Assembly: GCA_965197905.1 (NCBI GenBank)
Contig: CBDAOB010000005.1
Coordinates: 704,001 to 768,000 of the forward strand
Length of the DNA: 64,000 bases
Direction of reading: 5' to 3'
From: Candidatus Latescibacterota bacterium
Lineage (GTDB): Bacteria > Latescibacterota > UBA2968 > UBA8231
Shown here: one piece after another, positions 38,961 through 48,145 of the stretch
Layout of the letters: each line of letters opens with the position of its first letter
Position numbering within the stretch: position 1 is the first letter of the stretch
Program-made: the position numbers and the translations under genes
The notes under the pieces: model-generated
The model's input: the letters and a program-made list of their open reading frames with translations, nothing else
Told to the model about the DNA's origin: nothing
Database searches by the model: none

Positions 38961-39981
38961 TTAGCCGCCGGCGCGCATCGCATTGCCGTCGGTGGCGCCA
39001 CACCCTTCCAGCAGAACCCGATGAACGGCAAGGTCGTGCTCGAATGAAAACTCCGGTTCTCGCGCCCGCCGGATGCAGGTTGCAAGCTCGTCGAGCATGG
39101 TCGGTGCAGTTGGAGCCGGTTCCAGCTTCAAGTGATTCCATCCGCCCTTGAGCCCCTCGAACGGCTCTTCGAGAAAGACGTCCAACGGGCTTTCGCCGTA
39201 CGGCATGTTGATGGCGGTCCCTTTGGTGCCGTAGACCTCCACTCTGCGGGTTTCGTCGACGATCACGTGCATGGCGGCGGTGTCGACGGTCGCCAGACAG
39301 CGCTCGTATTCGTGCACAACCACCGCATTGTCCACATGTCGACGGCTCCCATACTGGGCCCCCAGATGAGGCCTGACCGCTGCAGGTTCCCCGAGCAGGG
39401 CCACCATTAGGTCCAGGTAATGGCCGGCCATCTCGAAATAGACGCCCCCTTTGAACATGTCAAAATCGGCCTCCAGCCTGGGATGCCAAGCCCAGGGTTT
39501 CGACATGTGCGAGCGGAAATAGAAGATGTCCCTAAGGGCCACCCGCCCGTACCAGGCGCACCAGCTCGCGCTGATCGGGGTGGAAACGGAATAGATAGGC
39601 CAGGTTCAATACCAGATCCTTTTCGCGCGCCAAATCCTGGAGCGCCGCGAATTCGTCCAGGCGTCCGCCGGGCGGCTTTTCCAGTAGAAGATGTTTCCCC
39701 GCCTCGAGCGCCTGCCGCGCATAGGCGGCGTTCTGGTTGACCTTGCCCTCCACGACGATGGCCTCGATGTCGCTTTCCAGCAGGGCCTCGGCCGTGGGGA
39801 AGGCCTTCACCTCGATTCCCGCGAATTCACGCGGCCAATCACTCAGGTTCTTCTCAACGAACTCCGGGTCCGGCTCATAGAATCCGACCAGCTCGAACTT
39901 GTCGGGATTCTCGGACGCCACTTTGACGTGGGCACCGCGGTGACCGTGATGGGCCCCCAGCATGCCGAATTTCAGTTTCAT
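38961..39981 (-). pseudogene. Gfo/Idh/MocA oxidoreductase with a +1 frameshift near 39540
   Basis: N-half KFGMLG and LLEKPPG; C-half GGVYFEMAGH. The span is 3n+1, and removing one base gives VRAGALRDIF. Confidence 0.85.
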
Positions 39982-40081
39982 CGCGTTCCTTTCTCTAACA
40001 CTCGACTTTCGCTTCGGGTTACCGTAAGTTCGCCAACTCGAGATTCGAACACCAGACATTGAACCGAAGAGCAGGCCAGGA

Positions 40082-40849
40082 ATGTTACACATAAGCACGC
40101 GACCGTCCCAGGCCGTCCTCGATCTCACCCCTGAGCACACCGACCTTGCCCATCTCTGGCTTCCGGAAATCGTCGAGATCGGAGACAGGGGAGAGATGAT
40201 ACCCTTCGCTCACAATCCCGATCATCCTCTGGTCTGGAACCAGCCGGATGACTCCTTGCTGACCTATGACCTATGCCTGCCCGATCTCCTGTCTCTGTCG
40301 GCCCGCATCCGCGCCGAAGCGTCCGGGTTTGCGCTCGACATGGAGATCGGCAATCTCACATCCCAGGATTGGGGAGGGGCGCAGGCCTGCGTCTGCTTGC
40401 AGCTGACCCTGGCTGTTTCTTTTCTGGATCTCGCCTGGGAGCGAACCTTTTGCGTCATCGAAAACAATCTGGTGCGACTATCGGAGATCGAAAAGATCGG
40501 GAAAGGCAAACCATGGTTTCTCTTCGCGATGCTGCCCGGACACGAGGCTCCGATGCGCCACCGCGATCCCCATCGCGAGAATGCAAAGTGGCGTTTCTCC
40601 AAGACGCCTCCGGATTGCGGGTTCATTTGTGTGACGTCAGTTGACGCGTCGCGAACCGTGTGGATGGGTTGGGAAGAGGTGCAGTACCTGCAGAGTAACG
40701 TGATGCCGTCCTATGGCTGTATTCACGCGAATCCTTTTTTCGCGGATATCGGCGCCGGAGAGAAGGCCTTGCGTCGGGGCCGTGTCGGCGTCGTCGAAGG
40801 TGGAGCGGAGGTCGCCCGCGAAGCTTACCTGCGAGAGTTCGGTGGATAA
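40082..40849 (+). CDS. Hypothetical protein
   Basis: 255 aa ORF directly upstream of the amidohydrolase; ends GCIHANP..RGRV. Confidence 0.65.
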   Translation: MLHISTRPSQAVLDLTPEHTDLAHLWLPEIVEIGDRGEMIPFAHNPDHPLVWNQPDDSLLTYDLCLPDLLSLSARIRAEASGFALDMEIGNLTSQDWGGAQACVCLQLTLAVSFLDLAWERTFCVIENNLVRLSEIEKIGKGKPWFLFAMLPGHEAPMRHRDPHRENAKWRFSKTPPDCGFICVTSVDASRTVWMGWEEVQYLQSNVMPSYGCIHANPFFADIGAGEKALRRGRVGVVEGGAEVAREAYLREFGG

Positions 40850-40874
40850 CGAGCGTCGACGAGAACCGTTTCCG

Positions 40875-41999
40875 ATGATCATTGATGCCCATGCCCACAT
40901 CTTCCGGAACTGGCACGAGGACTGCGGCCATCCATCGAGAGAGATTCACTGGAAATACCTGCAGAAGGACGTCAGCCGGCCGGCAGCCAAGGTACACCGT
41001 TCTTCCGATGGAACGCCGGCGAATCCGCAGGCATTGTTCAAGCCGGGCGACAACAGTTGGGCAGGTCTGCGGGCAGATGTCGATTTTCGAGTCGGAAGCT
41101 TTGGAAGACTGGAATATACCGTCGACGGAGAGGATTATTACATCCAGTATATGCCCGTCGGCATGGCGCAGATCGAAGCACTCCCCGAACAAATGTTGGC
41201 ACAGATGTCATACGTCGGCGTGGATCACTGTGTGCTGCAGGCGGGAAGCAACTATGGCCGGATGAACGATTACAATGCCCAGGCCCAGGAGCGACATCCT
41301 GAGAAGTTCACTGCCCTCTTCCAACTCGACGAACCCATGGCGGACAAAACCGAGGGGATGGAGGAATTGGACAGGGCAACAAATGCGCTGAATCTGAAAG
41401 GAATCTACTATCAGCTGTCATCCTTCAGCAGGTACGGCTTTGAATGGGCGTTCGAGGACTCACGTTTTGACGAGTTTTGGGAAAAGCTGGCGACAGTGGA
41501 AATCCCTGTATTCTTTGAAGCAGCGCCGATCCCCGACTACGACGCTGCGAGTTACACCGCCAACATGGAGCGTCTTGACATTCTGCTGACCCGCTTCCCG
41601 CAGATGCGCTGGTTGCTGGTTATGGGACCTCCGGTTCAGTTCTTTGGCACAGGGGACAGCTGGCATTTTCCGGAAGCGGTCCACCGGGCTTATTCTCGCG
41701 AGAATCTTCAGCTGGAGCTTCTATTTCCGATCACCTGGGGAGGCAAGTGGGATTACCCATACCGCGAAGCGCAGGTTTTGATAAAGGACCTGCGGGAACG
41801 ATACGGTGCCCACAAACTCATCTGGGGCTCCGACATGCCTAACGTCGAGCGTTTCTGTACCTACAGGCAGTGCCTGGATTACCTGTTGCGATACTGTGAG
41901 TTTCTCTCGTCGCCGGAAAAGGACCTCGTTCTTGGCGGCAACGTGGCAGATCTGTGCGGGATCCAGAATCGTCCGTCCGGTTCGTCAGGCGCCAGGTGA
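40875..41999 (+). CDS. Amidohydrolase_2 family protein
   Basis: IIDAHAH and LIWGSDMP. Confidence 0.88.
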   Translation: MIIDAHAHIFRNWHEDCGHPSREIHWKYLQKDVSRPAAKVHRSSDGTPANPQALFKPGDNSWAGLRADVDFRVGSFGRLEYTVDGEDYYIQYMPVGMAQIEALPEQMLAQMSYVGVDHCVLQAGSNYGRMNDYNAQAQERHPEKFTALFQLDEPMADKTEGMEELDRATNALNLKGIYYQLSSFSRYGFEWAFEDSRFDEFWEKLATVEIPVFFEAAPIPDYDAASYTANMERLDILLTRFPQMRWLLVMGPPVQFFGTGDSWHFPEAVHRAYSRENLQLELLFPITWGGKWDYPYREAQVLIKDLRERYGAHKLIWGSDMPNVERFCTYRQCLDYLLRYCEFLSSPEKDLVLGGNVADLCGIQNRPSGSSGAR

Positions 42000-42099
42000 C
42001 TTGAAAAATGCGGTGCGGAAACTTCGGCTTCACCGATTTTGGCCGGCCGATTTAACCGCAACCGTCGATTCGGGGCCGCCCGAATCACTGGAGGACAAG

Positions 42100-43548
42100 A
42101 TGCAACTGGCGTGTGAAGGGCATTCGCAGATCGGTTGGGTCACGCCGGGCATGCAGGTTGTGCAAAACCGGCCGACGGTTCACCCCGAGCCCGTGCTGGA
42201 ACCGGCTACCGATGCGGATCGAATGAGCACCTCTATCTACGGTTCCGTCTTGCGGGATAACGGGCTGTATCGCATGTGGTATCAGGCCGTCCCGGCAAAC
42301 TGGGAGGGGGCACCCCAGGGGTTCGGCGTCGGCTGCGTTGAGAGCGACGACGGTTTTGAGTGGCGCCGCCCGAACTACGGGGCGCTCGAGGTCTGTGGAT
42401 CCAAACAGAATCATATTACCGATCTGCCGTTGCACTGTCCCTCCGTATTTGTGGACTCCACGGCACCGGCACCGATGCGGTACCGCGCGTTCGGGTGGAC
42501 CAAACCGGATCCCAGCCTCGGCGAGACTGTCAAGCGGCGGGGATATTATACCGCCCACTCGGCTGATGGGATTCACTGGAAGCTGGATTCGGACGAACCG
42601 CTCTACGAGGGCCACGACGTCATTACGTCTGTTTGGAATCCGTTCACCGACAGCGCGCTCGTTGTTTCAAAACGCCTCCAATGGATCCGCGGGATCCCCC
42701 GTCGCGTCCATTGGACCTCCCGCTGGACGCGGGACTCGTTCACCGAACCGGAATCGGCGCTCGTTCCGGACGAATTCGATGACGTGGTGGCGGTGGCGAA
42801 CGGATTCAACAGCGCCGACTACTACGGCGTCGGGCTTTTTCCCACCCCTGGCGCCACCATTGGTTTTCTCTGGCACTTCCGGCACCAGCTCCCGCTAAGC
42901 AGTGGCAACGTTCAGTACGGCATCTTCGGCCGCATCGACATCAGTCTGATCTATCAGATCGAACACCGGGGCAAGTGGCAGCATTTTCCGGGACGCGCCG
43001 CGTGGCTCTCTGGCGCCGACATGCCGGAATGGGGTGAGCACGGCCTCTGCACCGCCGCCTTCCCGCTGGAGGTGGCCGACGAGACCCGGCTCTACATCAC
43101 CGGCTCTCCGCATCGACATGGATCCTATCTGGACAGCTCCTGGAATCCCGACCCACAGCGCACCGCCATGATGCGAGAGCGGGGCCAGTCGGTGATCGGC
43201 ATGGTTTCGTGGCCTACCGGTCGCCTTCTCGGATTCCAGGCCCCGTTGCTGGAAACGATGGAGCTGACGCCGGCCGCAGCCTCTAGTTCCGCGGCAGATT
43301 CAAACACGCCCAAAATGGTTTTGAATGTTGTCACCGCGCAGACCGGACGCGTACGGGTGGCTCTCGTGGATGAACAGGAAGAGCCGATTGCGGGGTTTAG
43401 CTTCGAGGACTGCGAGCCAATCAGCGGTGACCACCGGCAGGCGGTGGTTCGATGGAAAAATGGGCCCCAGCTGCTCGCGAACGAGACGGTCAAAGCCCGC
43501 ATAGAGATTACCCGCGGCACCCTTTGGGCGTTCGAGTTTGTGACCTAG
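42100..43548 (+). CDS. Beta-propeller hydrolase-like protein (divergent paralog 5)
   Basis: SD GGAGG; YRMWY, ESDDGFEWRRP, HSADGIHW, IAGFSFEDCEPISGD and LWAF. Confidence 0.65.
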   Translation: MQLACEGHSQIGWVTPGMQVVQNRPTVHPEPVLEPATDADRMSTSIYGSVLRDNGLYRMWYQAVPANWEGAPQGFGVGCVESDDGFEWRRPNYGALEVCGSKQNHITDLPLHCPSVFVDSTAPAPMRYRAFGWTKPDPSLGETVKRRGYYTAHSADGIHWKLDSDEPLYEGHDVITSVWNPFTDSALVVSKRLQWIRGIPRRVHWTSRWTRDSFTEPESALVPDEFDDVVAVANGFNSADYYGVGLFPTPGATIGFLWHFRHQLPLSSGNVQYGIFGRIDISLIYQIEHRGKWQHFPGRAAWLSGADMPEWGEHGLCTAAFPLEVADETRLYITGSPHRHGSYLDSSWNPDPQRTAMMRERGQSVIGMVSWPTGRLLGFQAPLLETMELTPAAASSSAADSNTPKMVLNVVTAQTGRVRVALVDEQEEPIAGFSFEDCEPISGDHRQAVVRWKNGPQLLANETVKARIEITRGTLWAFEFVT

Positions 43549-43593
43549 TCCCCTGTATCAGAAGTAGGCTGGGTCGGTCAAGCGATGTCGATG

Positions 43594-44745
43594 CTAGGCT
43601 TCGCGAAAATCCGGCACGTCGACCGGAACTCCACCCTTTTCCAATGAAATGCCGCCGCAGATGCCGGGCGCCGTCATCTCCAGGCCGGTAATGATGTCAA
43701 GAGGGGGAGTTTCGTCGTTGATGATGGCATCGATGAAGGCGCGCACCTGCCAGTAGTCGCCACCGGCGTGACCGACGTGAATGCCCTCGGGCGGTGGGTT
43801 GTGCATAGGTTTCGGTAGGTGCTCTTCGAAGTCCATTAGCGGGTGGAAGCGGGGTGGCTCCCCATGCACGTCGGCGAACCAGACTTGATGGAATTCGTCG
43901 ACGACCCCTTCGCCCTCACCGTGGTTCTTGTGTTTCACGTTTCCGTCTACTGCCCAGATCGTGCGGCGGTTTCCCTCGTAGACCCCTTTGGTTCCTTGCA
44001 AGCTGTAAAACTTGCGAACCGGTCCGGTGGTGAGCACATCGTTGCGGATCTTGATCAGCTTGCCGCTGGGGGTCTGACAGATCAGCAGGTTGCTGTCGTC
44101 ATTCAAAAACTCCGGAAAGCTCCGGCGGCCCGATCCGAAGCAGGACACCGTGGCCACGCGCTCGCCAAACCAGTCGAGCACCGGCCCCAGTGCATGGGTC
44201 GCGTAGGTGGTTCCTTTCTTATTGGCCAAATAGCGGTTGTGCCAGGTAGGATTCCCGTCCGAGTCATAGATGACGTGTTTCATGTCGTGGACGTATTCGC
44301 CCTCGCTGTAGTGGATCTCGCCGAAGAACCCCTGGCGCGCAAGTTCGCGAACGAGCACATGCTCGCGCATGTAGACGTAATTCTCGGCGAGCATGTAGGT
44401 ACGATCGGATTTTTTGACCGCTTCCAGGAGCTCCCAGCACTCCTCAAGGGTTGCGGCGGCGGGGATTTCGCACAATACATGCTTGCCGGCGTCGAGCGCG
44501 GCCACCGTTTGCGGTACGTGGTCGGGCAACGGTGACCCGATGAAGATGATGTCCACATCGCTGGCCAGGAGATCTTCGAAACGGGTGTAAACCTGGGGGA
44601 TAGCGTACCGGTCCGCGATGGGGCGCACGGTTTCCTCGTGGCGCGTGCAAAACGCCGCCACCTCCGTCTCTGGCATCACCCTGAAACATTGCAGCGCGCC
44701 TTCGCCGCGCTTACCCACAAAGCCGACCTTGAGCGATCTGTTCAT
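43594..44745 (-). CDS. Gfo/Idh/MocA oxidoreductase
   Basis: GKHVLCEIPAA, YMLAENY, EGEYVHD, YATHALGP and GHAGGD. Confidence 0.9.
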   Translation of the reverse strand: MNRSLKVGFVGKRGEGALQCFRVMPETEVAAFCTRHEETVRPIADRYAIPQVYTRFEDLLASDVDIIFIGSPLPDHVPQTVAALDAGKHVLCEIPAAATLEECWELLEAVKKSDRTYMLAENYVYMREHVLVRELARQGFFGEIHYSEGEYVHDMKHVIYDSDGNPTWHNRYLANKKGTTYATHALGPVLDWFGERVATVSCFGSGRRSFPEFLNDDSNLLICQTPSGKLIKIRNDVLTTGPVRKFYSLQGTKGVYEGNRRTIWAVDGNVKHKNHGEGEGVVDEFHQVWFADVHGEPPRFHPLMDFEEHLPKPMHNPPPEGIHVGHAGGDYWQVRAFIDAIINDETPPLDIITGLEMTAPGICGGISLEKGGVPVDVPDFREA

Positions 44746-44999
44746 TGGTTGTCTCCGAACTGTTGGAGGTTCGCCGGCAGCTTGTCGTCGGGCAAGTAGA
44801 TGCCCAGCTTGAACCGGTATTCCGACACTAGATGTCTCCAGAGGCTGTGCTCATTACTGGCGTCCTAGCACCGCGACAGGCCACCGTGCGCGAAGATAGA
44901 ACAACCTCAGATTAATACCAATGGTCGATCAAGAACGCGAATGATCGCCCACAGAAAGGAATCGAGTGCTCAATCTTGTTCTGCCCGTCAGTCGGGCCA

Positions 45000-47012
45000 T
45001 CACCAACGGTGTAGCCAGTGAGAAACGCCGGGGAACCAGATCCGGTCCACCCCCCGGGCCACGATGATGCCGAGCACGTAGCCTACCAGCATTCCGTAAA
45101 ACAACGGCTTCGCGGCTGAGTACCTGCGCACGCCGCCGAATCGCAGCAGGGTGAACTTGGCGATCCACACCACGAGCAGGCTGAACCAGTAGAGCTGCGC
45201 TCCAATGGTGTACTGAAACGCCAGCCCTACGGGGTGGAATGGGAACCAGTGAAAACGCGTTCTAAGCCATGCTATCCCGGCCGCCTCGAAAAAGCCGATC
45301 AGCCACACGACCCACTTGCCCGCGGATGTGACGGTCGGGTTGTTGATCAAACGCACCATGGTATCCAGCGCCACCTCGTTGCCGCTGAGACCGTGAATCA
45401 TCATGCCGTAGGCTTCGTTTATGGTGGTCCCGGCGATGGCGAGAAAACCAGCCGTGAAACTGAAAATGATCGTCGTGGAGACCCACACCGGTTGCCGTTC
45501 GATGGAGAAAAGCCGCAGCTGGTGAACGATAGCCGGCCAGCAAGGGATCCGACCCCCGGAGCCGAAGAAGACGTTGCTGGTGAACATGCCGAAGCCGACC
45601 ACGGAGCGGGGAGAGAGAAATTTCGTGCCCACCAGGTTGATGATGAAGGACTCGCCTTTGATGTGGATGGCGTTGGGTATGAGATAGGCGAACCCGGTGG
45701 CAGCCATCAGCTTTACGGTTACAAAGTTCACTGCAACCAGTAGCAACAACATGCCTACCGCCAAGGGCAGGCTGGCACCCAGCGCCATGATCCAGCCTGT
45801 CACGTAGGTTGCAGAGATTGCCAGCCCTAACAAGGCCCAGCGGTAACGTCTGATCTCCGCGGGAGCGCCCTCGCCGTTAAGAGCTTGCCTCCATACAGTC
45901 TGCAGATGACGTCGCGCCAACCAGATGGACCAGAGCGCGACGAAGATTAACGCGCCGTGGCTCTCCATATACATGATGTCGAGGGCACCCAGCTGACTGC
46001 CCTCGGACCCTACCGTGAATCCTGTTCGACCCATCATCCACTCTTTGGGCAGTGTCAACCAGTAGAAGACGATCAGGCTGGCGAGGATATCCAGCGGGCA
46101 TAGATACGCCACTGCGAGCACGAGAGGCAGAAAGCGAAAAACAAGGCCGCGGGAAATGTGTGGACCGAGATCGACGGGGTATTGGTCGAAGAAGATCTTC
46201 ACCATCGGCAATCCCGGCAGGAAGTAAGTGGCGGCATTGTAGGCGGCCGGCACAAAAACGAGAACCACACCTACCCAGAACAACCTCGACCTAAACAGTC
46301 GGGGGAACCGGCCGGGTCCCTCGCAGCCGGAGGTGAGATCGAGGGGCATCTGGGCCAATGGAAAGGTTAGCTTCTCCATGTCGACCCATTGCCGGTGGAA
46401 GAGTATAAAGATGCAGAAACCAAGTACGACCATACCGATGGACACCCCGAGCCACTGACCGACGATTTCGAACCATCCTTGCCAGGGAACTGAGTAACCT
46501 CGATCCAGGCCGAACCAGAAGCCGTCAATGACGCGCTGCTCGGTACTGGCGAAAACATGCCAAGGCAACAGGTCGAAGATCGTCTCGACCCACTGGTTTT
46601 CAGGACTGGCTACGTGGGTTGGGATGGCCCCAAGCTTGACCAGGTCCCACATCCAGCCGTTGGAAGGAATCGTGCCCACCACCCATCCCGCTACGAAGAT
46701 GGTGAGCAGCTCCCCTCTTTTGAGGGCGAACCGCGGAATGACGGTATGCAGGATGGCGTTTGCGAACAGCCAGAAAACGAAGGAGATGAGCACCATCAAC
46801 GGCAGCTGAGAGCTCACCGAAAGGTGCAGCAGATGCACGACCGCTGCGAAAGAGACTACGCCCAGAAGAACCGCGCGCAGAGTTATCGTTGGAGCAGATT
46901 CCCCAGCTCCACCCAGCGCCCCCAAGTCGGTGCTACACCTACGACTGTGCGGTTGGATCGGTGCCTTCCTGGAGAATGCGCTCCACCAGCTCCATGCTTT
47001 TGACCGCATCAC
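45000..47012 (-). CDS. DUF6785/DUF6784-type multi-pass membrane protein (OPT-like transporter candidate); true start probably near 46925
   Basis: ITLRAVLLG, ASPENQW, RQWVDMEKLTFPLAQMPL, WFPFHPVG and KPLFYG; many TM segments. Confidence 0.75.
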   Translation of the reverse strand: MMRSKAWSWWSAFSRKAPIQPHSRRCSTDLGALGGAGESAPTITLRAVLLGVVSFAAVVHLLHLSVSSQLPLMVLISFVFWLFANAILHTVIPRFALKRGELLTIFVAGWVVGTIPSNGWMWDLVKLGAIPTHVASPENQWVETIFDLLPWHVFASTEQRVIDGFWFGLDRGYSVPWQGWFEIVGQWLGVSIGMVVLGFCIFILFHRQWVDMEKLTFPLAQMPLDLTSGCEGPGRFPRLFRSRLFWVGVVLVFVPAAYNAATYFLPGLPMVKIFFDQYPVDLGPHISRGLVFRFLPLVLAVAYLCPLDILASLIVFYWLTLPKEWMMGRTGFTVGSEGSQLGALDIMYMESHGALIFVALWSIWLARRHLQTVWRQALNGEGAPAEIRRYRWALLGLAISATYVTGWIMALGASLPLAVGMLLLLVAVNFVTVKLMAATGFAYLIPNAIHIKGESFIINLVGTKFLSPRSVVGFGMFTSNVFFGSGGRIPCWPAIVHQLRLFSIERQPVWVSTTIIFSFTAGFLAIAGTTINEAYGMMIHGLSGNEVALDTMVRLINNPTVTSAGKWVVWLIGFFEAAGIAWLRTRFHWFPFHPVGLAFQYTIGAQLYWFSLLVVWIAKFTLLRFGGVRRYSAAKPLFYGMLVGYVLGIIVARGVDRIWFPGVSHWLHRW

Positions 47013-47949
47013 CGAAATGGGTCAGCGGCTGGCGGCCTTCCTTCACACAGTCGATGAAATGCCGATCCTCGTGCCAGAAACCCATCCAGTTGAGTGAATC
47101 CTCGTCGGGCATACCCTCTTTGGTAGCAAACTCCTTGGATTCGTAGCGCTCCTCGTCATCCTTACCCCGTCTGATGAAGGCTTCGCTGGCGGCATCCACG
47201 TAAGCGGAGACGTCGCGCCCGTGGAACTCGACGCGAAACACGCCAACCCCGGTGACGTAGCTGCAATTCAGGATGCCAACGGCACCGGTGCTGAAAGAGG
47301 CCAGGGCGCTGAATTCGTTGTAATGCGGTCCGGGAATGTAGCGGGCACATACGTGAGCGGTCAGATCCTCTACCTCGCCGCCACATAGAAAGCGCAGATT
47401 GTCCACCGCGTGAATCATATCGCAGGTCAGGTTATCGATAACCCCTCCATAGATGCCGGCCGGTTCGCTCAGATTTCGGCCGCCTTTGAGAAAACTCACG
47501 GTTGCCTGGTGGATCGGGCCCTGTTCCTCCAGCTTCGGCTTCAGAGCGGACAGTGCGGGAATGTGCCGGCGTTGGAAACCGACGGCGGTCAAGCAGGAGT
47601 TCTCTGCGGCGAAGTAGGCGAGCATCCGGGCTTGGTTGGTGGTCAAGCCCAGCGGTTTCTCCACGAACAGATGGCGGCCCTGTTGCAGTACCGCGGCCGC
47701 CGGGGCGTAGAGGTGCTGCGGCATCATGATGGCGTACACCACCTGCGGATCGACCTCCTCCAGCATCGCCTCGAAGTCGGTGAAAACGCGTGGTATTCCG
47801 AACTTCTCAGCCGCCGCCGCTGCCTTCTCTTCAATCAGATCACAGGTGGCAACAAGCTCGACATCTGGAAGGCTCGACAAACAGGGATAATGTACGGTGG
47901 TTGCCAGGTTGCCAGCTCCTATCATTGCCACTCGAACCATTTCCGCCAT
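46939..47949 (-). CDS. Gfo/Idh/MocA oxidoreductase
   Basis: IGAGNLA, FVEKPLG, VGFQRR and DMIHAVD. Confidence 0.92.
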   Translation of the reverse strand: MAEMVRVAMIGAGNLATTVHYPCLSSLPDVELVATCDLIEEKAAAAAEKFGIPRVFTDFEAMLEEVDPQVVYAIMMPQHLYAPAAAVLQQGRHLFVEKPLGLTTNQARMLAYFAAENSCLTAVGFQRRHIPALSALKPKLEEQGPIHQATVSFLKGGRNLSEPAGIYGGVIDNLTCDMIHAVDNLRFLCGGEVEDLTAHVCARYIPGPHYNEFSALASFSTGAVGILNCSYVTGVGVFRVEFHGRDVSAYVDAASEAFIRRGKDDEERYESKEFATKEGMPDEDSLNWMGFWHEDRHFIDCVKEGRQPLTHFGDAVKSMELVERILQEGTDPTAQS

Positions 47950-48145
47950 GACGGTCCTCTCGTTACGCGTTTCTTCCTCTGCTTACCCGGGCAGCTTTCT
48001 TACATCAGTCACAAAGAGCACGAAGCACCTTATCCGTCGTTGCGTCAAGTCTCTGGGATTCGCCGCCGTCGTGCGCAGATCGAGAGCCATCGATGAACCT
48101 TTCAATCCATTGTTTTGCCACGATCTTTGTTCTATCTAGAGGAAT

